64,000 nucleotides of DNA from Saccostrea cucullata (taxonomy: Eukaryota), in assembly GCF_032062105.1 (NCBI RefSeq), contig NW_026931351.1, positions 1 to 64,000 of the forward strand, written 5' to 3'. The position numbers and the translations under genes were made by a program. The notes beneath the pieces are model-generated. The model ran no database searches. It was not told where the DNA came from and was given only the letters and a program-made list of their open reading frames with translations. The first letter of the stretch is position 1. Each line of letters starts with the position of its first letter. Below are positions 39,701 to 52,253 of the stretch, piece after piece.

Positions 39701-42700
39701 CTCAATCCTTGCTCAATGGCCCTAAGACAATGCTGAGTTCAGGTCAAAATTTGCAGCTCTCCAACAGCAGGGATGTTAAACAACAAACAAACAAATCCCA
39801 CCATTTGGTTGACTGCAAAAGTCAGGTGATGATCCTTATGTAGTGGATTCGAACCCCATTGCAGAACATGGAGACTGATGTTTCAGATGGAACTGTATAT
39901 AATGAAGTCCCATGAAGGAGTAGGTGCTGGCACAAAAAGATCCCTCACTGTGCCAAATATAGATCTTCTTGAAATGTAGGTTGCAAAACTGGGCAGCGGA
40001 TATTTCTTGCGTGTGGATAAAAGCTGGTTTACAGTATTAAAGTTCTGATTTTATATTTTAAAATCCAAATGTTTAGTACAATAAAAAAAGTGTCTGAAAT
40101 TTTGCTTTTCATATTCTTTTACTATATTTCCAGACATATGTATTGATATTATATGTATTTACCTCACACAAAATCAATAGTTCTGTACTATATTTCAATA
40201 AATTGTCTCTTCTTCTCTTTAACAGTTTACAATGATTTTATTAACTGATCAAAGAGCTAATAGAGAAATACTGAATTTTAAAATTGTGCATCACTTATGG
40301 AATATATTATTTCTTAAAAGATGATTTTTTTTAAAAGTTGCATGAGCATTATTAAAAATAAAAACACATTATTTTCTAGGCATGTCCCAGAGGCTACCAG
40401 CCAAATGAAGAAAGCATATGTTTGGCTTGTGATTCAGAGCCAACATTTTATGATTGGATGTACCTGGCTTTTATGGCTCTCCTGTCTCTTGTTCTCCACT
40501 GGTTTTTTATTGATTATACCAATAGAAAGAAGACAACAAAGTGAGTATAGTAATTGGTTGGGATTTTTTCCCACATAGACTGTTGATAATAATCTTCTGC
40601 TTTGAAGCAGATCTAAGAAATACCTGACAGCATTTACAATAGTTATAGTGCATATCAACAGCTTAACATGCAGCTTGATTGAAACTTCAATTAAAAATGC
40701 TTCTTATGCAGGAAGTTTCACTTTCATTATCCTCATTTAAAAATTAGAATGATCAGAGAAATCATGTCAGTGATTACCTGTGCACATCTTGAAGTTCTAA
40801 CAAAACAGGTTTTTAACAAAAAAGACATCAATTGTATAAAAAAAAAGTGTTATGTTTATTATAATCAGATGGCAAAAACTTTTGTTATACAGAAGCACAC
40901 TCAAGAAAAAAGTGTCACAGCGGAGAGCTAAAATCTTGAATGATATACCATATACAGTGGTATATGCAGAAACTTTAGCAAGCTTTAGATTTAATTTTGG
41001 CATTATTAGTGAAAAAAGTGTCACAGCAGAGAGCTAAAATCTTGACTGATATACCATATACAGTGGTATATGTAGAAATTTTAGCAAGCATAGGATTTAA
41101 TTTTGGCATTATTAGTGAGGGTGTTGAGATCACTTGAATTAAACTTTGCTAAAAATTAATTGCATTTTTTGTAATAACTTCTTTAATGAGCTTTTTAAGA
41201 TGGCGAAAATTACATCTCACTAAAAATAAAATACCAATTTTTAAGGACAAATCGCTAAATTTACCTTTCGCTGAAATTTCCACTTATACGGTACTAGACT
41301 AAGCAGTATTGGGTAGGGACAAGAAGCAAAAATGTGTTCAATAAACCTAGATATTTAGCCTGGCAGTTAGGCTAAGTGCTACAATCTAGAATACAACCCA
41401 TAGCTCAAAATATTTCATTTTTTTGCTACAGATCCCTCATCTCACTCCACATATCAGCTCTACTGGAGAGCATCATTGCGGCCATTTTGACGCTGTTGCT
41501 GGTTGAACCATATGGATCTTTAACAGTCCGCTCCTGTCCCGTTAGTAAGCTCTCGGACTGGTACTCCATGCTGCTTAATCCACAACCCAACTATACCAAA
41601 ACTCTGTACTGTACACAGGAGATTGTGTACCCACTGTAAGTTAATATTGGTAGATTTTATAGCAATTTTATTGAAATTGAACATTTGCTTGTATAGTTTA
41701 CAAGATAATGTTACACAGTTTATGACATTACATTGTATACAGAAAATTGTACAGAACAATATCATAAAACTTGTTTAACCTGGAATCTAGTCTACTGAAT
41801 TCATAAGAATTTGTTAGATTATACAGGTATATAATTTTGAAAATGTATTAAAGAACAGAATTTACTGAAGGGATATAAGTTTTTCAAGATTTTAACATCC
41901 ATGTGGGACAGATTTTCTGTATACCAAGTAAAGTAGATACATTTTTACCAAATTTGCGTGTACATTGCTTTCCCAAAAATATTATTCTTAAAAATTCACT
42001 AATAACAAAAAATGTTTTAAAAAATTTCACTAACAGTTGTCGTCTTTCTTAACCCAGTCAACAGTTGTTTGTAAGCAGTGGTCATTTAAAGAAACCTATT
42101 TATATTATAATGTACAAGCTAATTACTCTGTAATAATTCATTTGTGGAAATGCATTTGTTATTGAAAGTTGGCATTGTTAAATATTTTATGTGAATGTGT
42201 AATGATTGGTGCTAGTACACAGTTCAGATTACAGCTACTTTTTTGTTTGTTTTGATCAGCAAGATTAAAAAAATAAGCCATTGAATGTCATAGCTAACAG
42301 TAGTATTCACGTCAGAGTCGGATCAAAACAAACGTAATTCATTCATCTCACGAGAAAAATATATCCCAGTTGTAAACATTCCATGTTTACCTTTTTTACT
42401 GTCACACGTCCTGCATGTTTGCGGACGGCAGCAAAGTAACTGACGTAGATTAACAGTTTTCCAGCGCTGGCGAAGGGCTTTGTCACATGAAGCTGTATGA
42501 ACGCGTTTTATTATCTAACTAGACAGGATCATAATTACCCGTTAAAAAAAAAATTCTACCGTGAGACCGAAGGTGTGTCTATCACAATTTGATATGTGTA
42601 GACATGTTAGTATAATAATGTTTATCTTTTTTTTCCAGGTACACAATAGTTATGATATATTATGCCTTCTCACTTCTCCTAATGATGTTGGTGCGGCCTG

Positions 42701-45647
42701 TCATATCGTACAAGTTTACGGAAAAGAAAGGGACCAAGTCCATTTATGCCGCACTATACTTTCACCCAGTTTTAATTGTCTTACAAGCCATGCTAAGTGG
42801 CCTTCTTTGTAAGTGATGCCAATTTTTTTTTTCTGTTTATGATTTTTTTTTTTTAATGATGACTTATACGCTAAGTACGTGCATCCTTAAAATAATCATA
42901 ATTAATATTAGAAGCATGTCTTGAACATAATGAGAATGACCTGCATGCAAAAGTTTTCCTGTTAATTTAAGGCATTATTTAAATATAGCAAAGCTGGAAA
43001 AAATGTGGAAGAATATTCCATAAAATAATTTTTTTGGCGAATAATTCTGTCATTGCATAATTGCATTCATTTTCAGAATCAATGTTCAGCAAATCCTCTG
43101 AAAAGCTGGATCGCTTTAGTATTCTTTTACAAATTATTGATTTGTTAATGTTATATCCATAAAATAATGAACTAGTAGCTAGAGTACAATTCTTAATCTT
43201 ATTCAGCATTTATTTTCACAATACTATCTTGAGAATTGCCGGTAAAATTTCAGTCCATCCCTTGATTTCATATTCATTGATTTGTACACTTTCTAAATGA
43301 AAGAAAGTTGCTGAGGCAACAATTTTCTCCTAATTATATTCCCCATTCACTGGAACAGCATGAAATTGTCATTTTCTGTACCTGCTTAACACCTTGCCTG
43401 TCATTAAATATAATCAATTGATAAATCATTTTCATTTACCAGCAGTACATGTAGTCTAAACACATCAGCATTTCTTAAAATTTTTATGTTTGGTCCCTTA
43501 TCCCTTATGAAGCAATACAATCAAAACCAAATTCAGCATGTTTCTCCTTTAAAGTGCACATTTTTAAAAAAAAAATATTTTTGATTTAAGAAGTAAGAAT
43601 TTTCACATAATTTTATATAGAAGAGAGACTGTGATAGTAAAACTTTTGATAGATCCCTTATCCCATAATGAAATCTAGAATTGAGACCATATTTTACCTG
43701 TTTTTTCCTCCATTAAAACACATTTTTTTTTTCCATTTTCATTTTTTTTAGGGGGGGGGGGGGTAGGTAACAAGCTGAAAATTTTCCCATAATCTCATTT
43801 AGCAGACATACTGTAATAGTAAATTATACATTACCAGTACCATCGATCCTTTATATTCACAAATATAATTTAAAAAAAAAAACCAACATAATAACAAATT
43901 ACTTTAATTCAGAATACCCATAAATTATCATTGATTTTTTTTTTGTGTGTGCCATATCATTTTTTTCCCCTGTCAAGGGATCAGGTGCAATTATATGACA
44001 GGTTACATAAAAAAACTGCTGACAAACTGTAGATAGTCAATCTCTGTCTAAAGTTAATTAAAGATTTCTTGTTTTTGCAGACTACTCATTCTCGTACTTG
44101 GTCATAGCTGCCTCTTTGATCACTGGCGTTATTCATTTATCTGGATGTGATTTGGTAAGTTCATTAGAAAGAAATCACGGGTACGTAAAACGTATGACGT
44201 CAACCAGCTGACAAACATCTGGTCGCAGGTACATTAAACAGGTTTATGAGGACACTAATGAGTTCTAGTAATTCACGTTTTGATCTGGGGGGGCTCAAGT
44301 TTTTGAAGTGTTTATTGATCATTTATATCCATATAGTATAGGGTTTTTTCCTCTGTGCATCTAGGGTTTTATATTTTGTTGCAAGTAATTAATTTGGCAC
44401 TTATTGAAAAATCTCCTCAATGGAATTATTCTCTAAATTAAAATAAGCACTCAACATACCATAAATTGCAAATTTATCCATCAAACAGTACTTAGATTTT
44501 TTTTTCTTAAATACAGGATAAAAATAGAGTATTTTAAAAGAATATTACCCAAGAGTAGGATAGCTAGTTGGCTCTCATCTTGAATAAATGATTGAATGAT
44601 GCCCTAAACCTACCTGTTTTGATCATTTCTTGAACTTCCTAGGGGGATTCAAATATTCAACTTTAGAAATTTCCTGACAAGTAGGAAACTGTTTTTCTAC
44701 TGGTTTAAAAAATTGTATGAAATCATCTGTATGATATTGCCAGTAACTGGAGAAAAGGTTTATATAAGACTTATGAAATTATGTTTTTACTTTTCATATT
44801 GATATTTATCAGTGTGAATGATTTGGTAATTCTTTTAACAGATATGTTGAAATACCGTATATCCGTTTTTTTTCGCGATGGTCTATTTTTCGTTTTTTCT
44901 GCAATCATTTTTAATTCACAAAATATAATACATGCAGAAATTATGTTAGTTATAATGTGACATAAAAATATTACCATTTTTAGATAAAAATCTTTAATCC
45001 TAAAAATAACTTATGCAAAATAAAAACTGTACAAATCTATCCCTTTTTTGCAAAATTTCGAATACGCGAAAAAAACGGATATACGGTATGTATACATCTA
45101 GGTACATGCACACTTAGTATTAGGAAGGTAACCCTATGTAAACTTAATCTCAATTAAACCAATAATCACAAGTTTTGTTATTGTTGGAGGAATACTAGTA
45201 GCATTTTTGAAAAAAATATGTTAACATTAAAAAAAATGGATGGAAGCAGTCTCTTAATTGGCGAAGTCTTTAATTAGAGCTAATTAAAACTATGGTTCTC
45301 TTTAGACTTCAAAATTATATCATACTGTTTAGTAACTTGAAGTTGTATGTATCAAATCTTACTTAAATAATTAATAAAATTGAAATGTTAGCATTTTTTT
45401 TCATTTACATAGAATTTTTTTCCAGTCATCTTACTCTTCAGTGACCAAAGACATTTTCCTGAATGGCCGGAATCTGACAATTCTTGTGGGGCATTGGTTC
45501 CTTCACGCGTTTGGCATCATCTCACTAACTCAGCTTACACAACTCGAGATCCACCTCCCGATTTTGGCCCTGGTTCCGTTTCCTACCATATTCTTTATTC
45601 TCACAATCCAGTTTTCTCACCCTTCTCACCTTGAGGATGTTAACTGA
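36719..45647 (+). CDS. JKAMP: JNK1/MAPK8-associated membrane protein (ERAD component); 7 coding exons
   Basis: Exons 36719-36740, 37808-37875, 40380-40540, 41432-41635, 42639-42808, 44081-44154, 45426-45647; phases join. Motifs CPGLYCGR, CGACPRG, YDWMYLAFMA, LSDWYSMLLNP, CTQEIVYPLYTIV, KSIYAALYF, HWFLHAFGIIS. Confidence 0.93.
37900..38830. repeat. ~42-bp minisatellite, about 22 degenerate units, JKAMP intron 2
   Basis: Consensus AACACTAAGAGATCATTAGCATAGTTTCTGTATAGGAGAGC. Confidence 0.92.
39075..39596. mobile_element. Mutator-like MITE with ~110-bp TIRs and 9-bp target duplication
   Basis: 39075-39182 is the inverted complement of 39485-39596; TGCCACTGT at 39066-39074 and 39597-39605. Confidence 0.85.
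39598..39952 (+). mobile_element. Two adjacent SINE fragments, same family
   Basis: Core CCTTCGGATGA...GTAGGTGCTGGCAC...ATCCCTCACTG occurs twice; (AAAC)n tail at about 39778-39795. Confidence 0.7.
41059..41293. mobile_element. MITE family A copy 4, left end diverged and duplicated
   Basis: Body GGATTTAATTTTGGCATTATTAG ... TTTCCACTTATACGGTA matches the other copies. Confidence 0.72.
44853..45088. mobile_element. TA-flanked MITE
   Basis: TIRs TACCGTATATCCGTTTTTTTTCGCG / CGCGAAAAAAACGGATATACGGTA. Confidence 0.78.
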
Positions 45648-45698
45648 GAAACACAGTCCCGGGGTAAAATAACTGGATAAAGATGCCAGCGTGTCCAT

Positions 45699-45875
45699 TT
45701 CATCCAATTTGGATTGATTTCAGTTCATCCCATTTGGATTAAGATTTCAATTCATCCAATTGGATAAAGATTTTATTTCATCCATATGGATAAAGATTTC
45801 AATTCATCCATTTGGATAAAGATTTTTCAGTTCATCCAATTTGGATAAAGATGCCAGCATGTCCAACTAGATAAA
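45699..45875. repeat. ~22-25-bp degenerate tandem repeat in the JKAMP 3' UTR
   Basis: TTCATCCA(A/T)TTGGATAAAGATTTCA, about six copies. Confidence 0.8.
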
Positions 45876-48698
45876 AGATGTCAGCTTATTCAATTATTTG
45901 GAAGAAAGTACTGTGTTCCCTAAACTCCCTTTAGGATTACAAATGTTGTGTAGATATGGAGAACATTTGGTATTATTCATGATCGCCTTTGAATAACATT
46001 TGAATGAGTGGATATGGATTTTTTTCTACAAGTGAATACATCCAGGGGTAATCCACTAAGTATGCAGACTAAAATATGAATCATTTATATTAAATGAAAA
46101 AAGAAATTTGAAAATGAATGTGTGAGAAATTTGCGTTTGATTATGATGATCCATGTCTTTGCTTGGAATGTTCTCTACTCACCAAAGGTCATCTCTAAAA
46201 TGAATGCAGTCATGATTGCTTTGTGCTATGTACAGCTGTGATAATTGTTTGTGGCAGATATACATGTACATGTAGCACTATTTTTAGCTCACAATAGATC
46301 CAGCTTATTTTCACCCAATCAGTGATTCTTTATTTAGAGCATGTATCCCTAATTATAGTACAAGTATATTATCCTAAAGAAAGAAAAATATAGATTTTCT
46401 AGACACAACCTAGGCTAAATAGAGGCAAAGAACAAACAATAGCTGTAGGCTTTTCCATAAATATAAGCCTAAATATAGATTTTGTGGCTACTTATATTTG
46501 TATTCATGAATACCTTATTTAACATTATTCTTCTGAAGACATGTTTATGTAAGAGATTAACCTCTTTTTGGTTTGATTCATTTCTATTTTCAAGCTAATG
46601 TTTCACTGCAGTTTTTATTTATTAAAAATAATTAAAAGCATTTTAGGTTATTTATTTTCATACAATCACAAACCCTTTGAAATAAATTGATGTTACTTTT
46701 TCATTCTGCAGTTGCTTAATGAATTTAATAAATTAGAAAAAAAAATCATAAATGTGTATATTTTGTATACTAGTATTTTTAGAGATTTAAAAGTAGTTCA
46801 AAATTCCAACCATTATTTTCTCATAGTTATATTTGTGAAGCTGATTTATGTAAACTACAATTCATGTGCAGTAAGCTTTGCAAATTTTTTTATTTAAAAT
46901 AAAGAAATAATTATCAAAGATCAATTTATAAATTTGGGATATTTAATCCTCATAGGCATCTGATCCCAACTCTGAGATTCTGGAGGTTCGTTATCCTTAT
47001 CACAAACTGTAAACCAACTTTTATTCGTGTGCGAGAAATTTTCACGAGGTTAGCGAGAGTCTCTTCATCGCAAATATTTTTCGCCGCGAACGGGTCCTTA
47101 AAGTCTTTGTGTCTGTCAACAACTGATTCAAAAAGGCTTGATCACGAAAATTAATCGTCACGAACTAGTAAACCCTTGGTAAATTGCGAAATAAAGTCGT
47201 CGCAAGTTATTTACAATAGTTGGTTTACAATATTTGTATATTTTGTAGATTTTTTAAAAAAGATTAATCACTTTTCATAATTTTTATTTTTTTTTAAATT
47301 ACAATTAACAATCTACAAATTGAGCTTTATTTGTGCACTTTTAAGGATTTATTAAGTTGGAATATTGAACTCTTCGACTTTTCATATACCTTGATCTGAA
47401 GTTTCATCATTTTGTCTTCACTTCTGGAGGACCTCTTATTACTGGCATTCTTTCATCTTGATTTGAATTGTGCCCGCAAAAGTTTTATTTGTTCCATTTG
47501 TGCGATTTTGACATTAAAAGATTTTGGATACAGTTGAAAGTATATATTGGATGTGTTCATTTATAATTGAGAAAGTGTTGGAAACATGAAATTCAGCGGG
47601 ATGTTACCGAAAACCTCAAAAAATTTGTTAAGTAAGGTGACAGCAATTGAATGTACTTTTCATACCCAAATACTGTAATGGAGTCTTCAAAATACTGTAA
47701 TTTTGGTGAAAATACTGTACACTGTTTATAAAAAAAAACCGTTCAAATAGAAGGGACACAAGCATGCGTTTTTAATCAACAAAATGTTTTATTCATTTAA
47801 CAGACCTGTTTACTCTTAGATTTCGCCGTATTTTGTACGGATTTTTAGTCTAGAATACGTCTCACGTTTTGCCATTATGAAAATACGGAAATCAAAAATA
47901 CGTTCATCTGGAATTTAACAGTAAGTTTTTGTGTTTTGATCTGTCTTAGTTTCACGCTTTTTATTGCTAAAAAAGAGAGAGATTTCAAACTCATAAGCGA
48001 TGTCAGGTTGCCAAAACGCTGTTGTATTATAAAATGACAAAAACCATGTTGTTAAACCATGTTTTTGTAATCAGATATGCAGTTGTTCACTATTAATATA
48101 TGTAAAATTGATGGAAGGTGAAATCTTTAATCAACAAACTAATCAAAAATTTATGGGTTCTGATTTAATCAAACGTTTTCATTGTGTAGGTACTAATGGA
48201 ATAATGAAAAGTATCTCCTGAAAAAATATGGACAATAGTAGAAACCGGTGAACAAATTTATACAAGGTCAAGGACAGAAGTCAAAAAAAAAATCGTAACA
48301 AAACGTGAATTTTTGCTTGGATATGCTAAAACTGAATAAGAAGTCCTTAGTGTACGTTTTTTTTTTTTTTTTTGATAAATAAGAAGTGCATAAATGGCAA
48401 CCTTAATACGAAAAGTAGGTATTAATTATCAAGCTATACCAATGTATATCATCTCTCATCAGTCAATAAAAACATAAAAACATAGTTTTGTTCTTTAGGA
48501 TGGTTATAAAATGTTACGTCTTTTGAGCGTGGGCACCGGTATTTGCTAGGTAATATTATCTAGTCCTTTTTACCAAAATTACGCGAATTGCACTGTTTCA
48601 ATGGAACTACTGAGTAGTTATCATCACAGACTATTCACTGTGGTGGATAAGTAAAAACGCTAGTACATGTAAATCGTTTCCAAGACTTGCATATGACG

Positions 48699-50102
48699 TC
48701 ATGAAACAATGGATTCCTCGTCAGAAGTAGACATAATATCAGCTAAATCGACATCTTGAAAGCCAATAGACGAATCAGAGAGAAATGACTCGTCATCCAC
48801 ATCCGTCAGCGTCGTATCACTACAGTAGACCTCGTTTTCGTTTGGGGGCCACTTCACGTAGACTGGTTTTGCTGTGGATGCCCCCTCACTTCTATCCGGA
48901 AACAAAACATAAATGGTTTCCTGGTCCAACGACTCTCTTCGGTCAATGGGTTTTGTGGCCGGACTTACCTCAACAACGCTGTCTTCGGACGATTCCGTAG
49001 ACGAAGAACTTTCGGAAGTGTAGTCTGTGAACAGTCCTCCCTTGGCGAAGGTTTGCCGTTTTGTACTAGTACTTGTAGGTTCCAAGAAATTATCGAAAGT
49101 TGGCGGTTTTAGTTTCGAGTCATCCATGTTGCTTGGTACCTTTTGCTTTCTGTTTCTTGGAGACTGAGAGATTAATTTGAGCGTTACCTGGACACAGTAG
49201 TCGGTGTTATTGCCAGAATACAACAAAGCTTCTTTGAATCCATTGACCAACAGTTCGGGGGAGATCGGTCGTGATGAAGAAGAAACATGCTTCAGCTCTG
49301 AATTGAAATAATACCCACTTTTTGATATTGGCGGAAGAGCATCGGATCGGAGAAAGTTATTGGTGCTGAGGTCTTCATATGAGTTTGCAGGCGACTGCTG
49401 CTTAATGCCTTGTTGGAGTAAGATTTTCTCGGTGAAGTCGCCAGAGACGTGATTAGGAAGTTTAAGTCCCGGCTCCTTGACAAATACAACAGGTATCCCT
49501 TGCTCTTGAGCGTAACTGAGCGCCTGAAGATATGAAACATTGTGAAGACTGGAAGTTGTCATAAAGAAAACGATCCCATCAACACTTTCTATGTCTAAGG
49601 TCATGTCTTTGTTGCTCTTGAAACAGTTCACAAAAACTTCAGATGATAAACTGCACACAAGAGGAGACCATTTCAAAGTTTCTGAGTGTTCAGACGGCAT
49701 CCCTATGATTCCGATATGAAATTTTTCATGTCGAGCACAAGATGGACACTGCGGAGCAGACGACAACTCTGATGACACGGATATTGTCGGCATGTTGAAT
49801 GGTTCTGAACGCTCTTGTGGTGTATGACAACTAGAGAGTGGTCTCTTAGGCAAAGGTTTTGTTCCAAGAGACAAAATCTCCCAGATTTTTCCCGTGGAAC
49901 GGTGATCAGCGAGTGTAGGATATCTTCTAATTAGTTCCAATACTTTGGCGAAGGTTCCTTCGTTTTTTGTCAAATATTCCAGACTTGATTTGTAGGTCAT
50001 ATGAGAGGTAAGGGGGGATTTTTTCCTGTTCACGGTTTCTACAGACAAACTCGGCAGTTGTCGTCGGCGAACTTGAGTGCCTGGGGAGTTATGCGATGCC
50101 AT
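48699..50102 (-). CDS. Uncharacterised 467-aa protein encoded by one coding exon, with a probable degenerate TIR-like domain
   Basis: 1404-nt open frame, more GC-rich than the flanks; AG acceptor at 50127-50126 just upstream of the ATG and candidate donors near 50872-50878 for a 5' UTR exon. Central segment IESVDGIVFFMTTSSL...LSYAQEQGIPVVFV resembles TIR_2. Confidence 0.8.
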   Translation of the reverse strand: MASHNSPGTQVRRRQLPSLSVETVNRKKSPLTSHMTYKSSLEYLTKNEGTFAKVLELIRRYPTLADHRSTGKIWEILSLGTKPLPKRPLSSCHTPQERSEPFNMPTISVSSELSSAPQCPSCARHEKFHIGIIGMPSEHSETLKWSPLVCSLSSEVFVNCFKSNKDMTLDIESVDGIVFFMTTSSLHNVSYLQALSYAQEQGIPVVFVKEPGLKLPNHVSGDFTEKILLQQGIKQQSPANSYEDLSTNNFLRSDALPPISKSGYYFNSELKHVSSSSRPISPELLVNGFKEALLYSGNNTDYCVQVTLKLISQSPRNRKQKVPSNMDDSKLKPPTFDNFLEPTSTSTKRQTFAKGGLFTDYTSESSSSTESSEDSVVEVSPATKPIDRRESLDQETIYVLFPDRSEGASTAKPVYVKWPPNENEVYCSDTTLTDVDDESFLSDSSIGFQDVDLADIMSTSDEESIVS

Positions 50103-51690
50103 AACTTGTTGAAAAAAGCGTCATACTGCAACAGAAAATGATGAATTCATGACAGACGAGTTACTTGTATTGAAATATATCTGGTTTCGATTAATGGAAA
50201 AGTATACACAATCTTAGAATTGATCGTGAGAGTTCAGAAAAAAACTGAATAAAGCGTTTTCTTTAAATACATGTACCGTAAAAAGTAGAAAGAAGAGAAA
50301 ATCATCTTTAGGAAAACTTCAGCCGAGTTGTTTCTTTCCTTATCCCCATATTCAATTCTATATATACAATTCTTAAGACAATTTTTGAAGCTTGACTGAA
50401 CCTAAAGCTTAAACGAGTCACTGTCTAGTTAGAAGAGTATGTCAGGGCATCAACGATAGTTGGAAACACATGATAATTTGCATAACGGATGAAGCACATA
50501 CTCTCTTATCTCTAAAGGCAAACTTGGTTAATAGTAAGTTACCAGTAAGACTCACTATACTGAATTATTCAAATTATCAAAACCATGGACTTCATTTGCT
50601 ATCAATTAGACGGAGAGGAATAAGAGGAAACATCTTTCCTGTACATACTCAAGAGGGGGGGGGGTGTTACTAAGGTGAGCGTTAAAGTCCGTAAGCCTTT
50701 GCTTATTTATGCTGTTTGAACGATCAGTAACCGTATTGATTAAACACAGATTTTTTCATTTAATCAAACGCTGCCATTAGTCTAAAACGTTTCAAAATCG
50801 ATTTTGAATCTATAGTAAATTGTCATAGATAGCATTAAAATTATTTAGATAATTTTTCTTTAAATCTTCCTACCTTACTTGCTACTGTGGCTTGCCTTTA
50901 GCAAAGAGACGATGTGTGCAAAGTAAACAGAACCACTATGGTCCATCTCCATTCTAATGAGCTTGTCAGTTACACAGCGTTTTTATGGTGGTTTCAGGGT
51001 TAGCTTTTTCCATGACAACGGAGGAAATGAAATGGGCATCGATCCGACATAGGTTAATATATAAACATTGGCATGCAGGTTGAGACAATAACCTTTTACG
51101 TTCACACAGAACTTTATGACGTGTGTTAAATCCAAGAGCATATTCATTTTCAGTAATATTGACGCTAAACAAAGTACATGTATAGTTTTTCACTGCCATT
51201 TGAGATTTAGAAAAACTATAATAATAGTATTTCACCATGGGATATAATTATTACCCTCTACCTTCTTTGAATACAGAATTTCGAACGCACACTGAGAGAT
51301 ATATATTATGCAATTTATTATTTAAATCCAGAAAAACATTCCAAGGAAGACTCTAAAATTCGAAACCATAATTTTGATGTACGATCATACTTTGATATGT
51401 CAATTAACATTTTCTTCTCCTTTGAAAGATTTCAAGGGCCCAAAATATCAAAAATATTATACATGTATGTATTCTCCCTAATATCATTTGACGTATGAAG
51501 CATTTCTTCTGATCAAGTTTGATTATAATGATAATTCAAAATTTGGTAGATATGAGTATATAAAACAAAATATGTATATTACTTTACACCGAAAAAAAAA
51601 ACAAAACAATTACACTTTCGTATAATTTCCTTTTATATTCCAAATTAAAAAAAAAATATGCGGAATTAAAAAAAATATGTCAATACCAAA

Positions 51691-51909
51691 TACTGTGAAA
51701 TCACTAATTTTCGTACGCGTTTATTTTCGTGTTTTTTCGAGGTAGGAAGAGACCCACGGATTTATGTCCACTGCGAAGTGTAATTTTTCACAAATATAAC
51801 ACAACTCAACAATTCTTAATCCTCAAAATTAAATTCCTACGAACTCGTAATTTTTCCTCAAACCACTAGTACTAAAATTTAACACACGAAAATATGTAAT
51901 TTTACAGTA
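51691..51909. mobile_element. TA-flanked MITE
   Basis: TACTGTGAAATCACTAATTTTCGT ... ACGAAAATATGTAATTTTACAGTA. Confidence 0.68.
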
Positions 51910-52075
51910 TGTCCAACTACAAGCGATCCTTCGGCTTGTGGAAGTTTTAAATACTAGTATTACAGAAAAAAAAATATTTAATTTTTACTTTTTGACAGAA
52001 ATGAAAACAGATCGATTTCATCAATGCAAAGCTTCTCAAAGTTCAATAAAGTAATGAAAAAATGTAACGAACCAG

Positions 52076-52253
52076 TACCGTGAAACCTGTCTAATCCGAC
52101 ATGCTCTGGGAGACGAATTTTGTGTCGGAAGAGATAGGTTGTCGGATTGCATAGTGTTAAAAAGATGGAAATTAAAAATATGGGAAAGAAATTTAACGTC
52201 GGAATTCACAGCGTCGGATTGTTCAGGTGTCGGATAAGACAGTTTTTACTGTA
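52076..52253. mobile_element. TA-flanked MITE
   Basis: TACCGTGAAACCTGTCTAATCCGACA ... TGTCGGATAAGACAGTTTTTACTGTA. Confidence 0.72.

Noticed and set aside
45413-45425. Upstream acceptor (45412) for the last JKAMP exon
   Set aside because: Out of frame; the acceptor ending at 45425 keeps phase.
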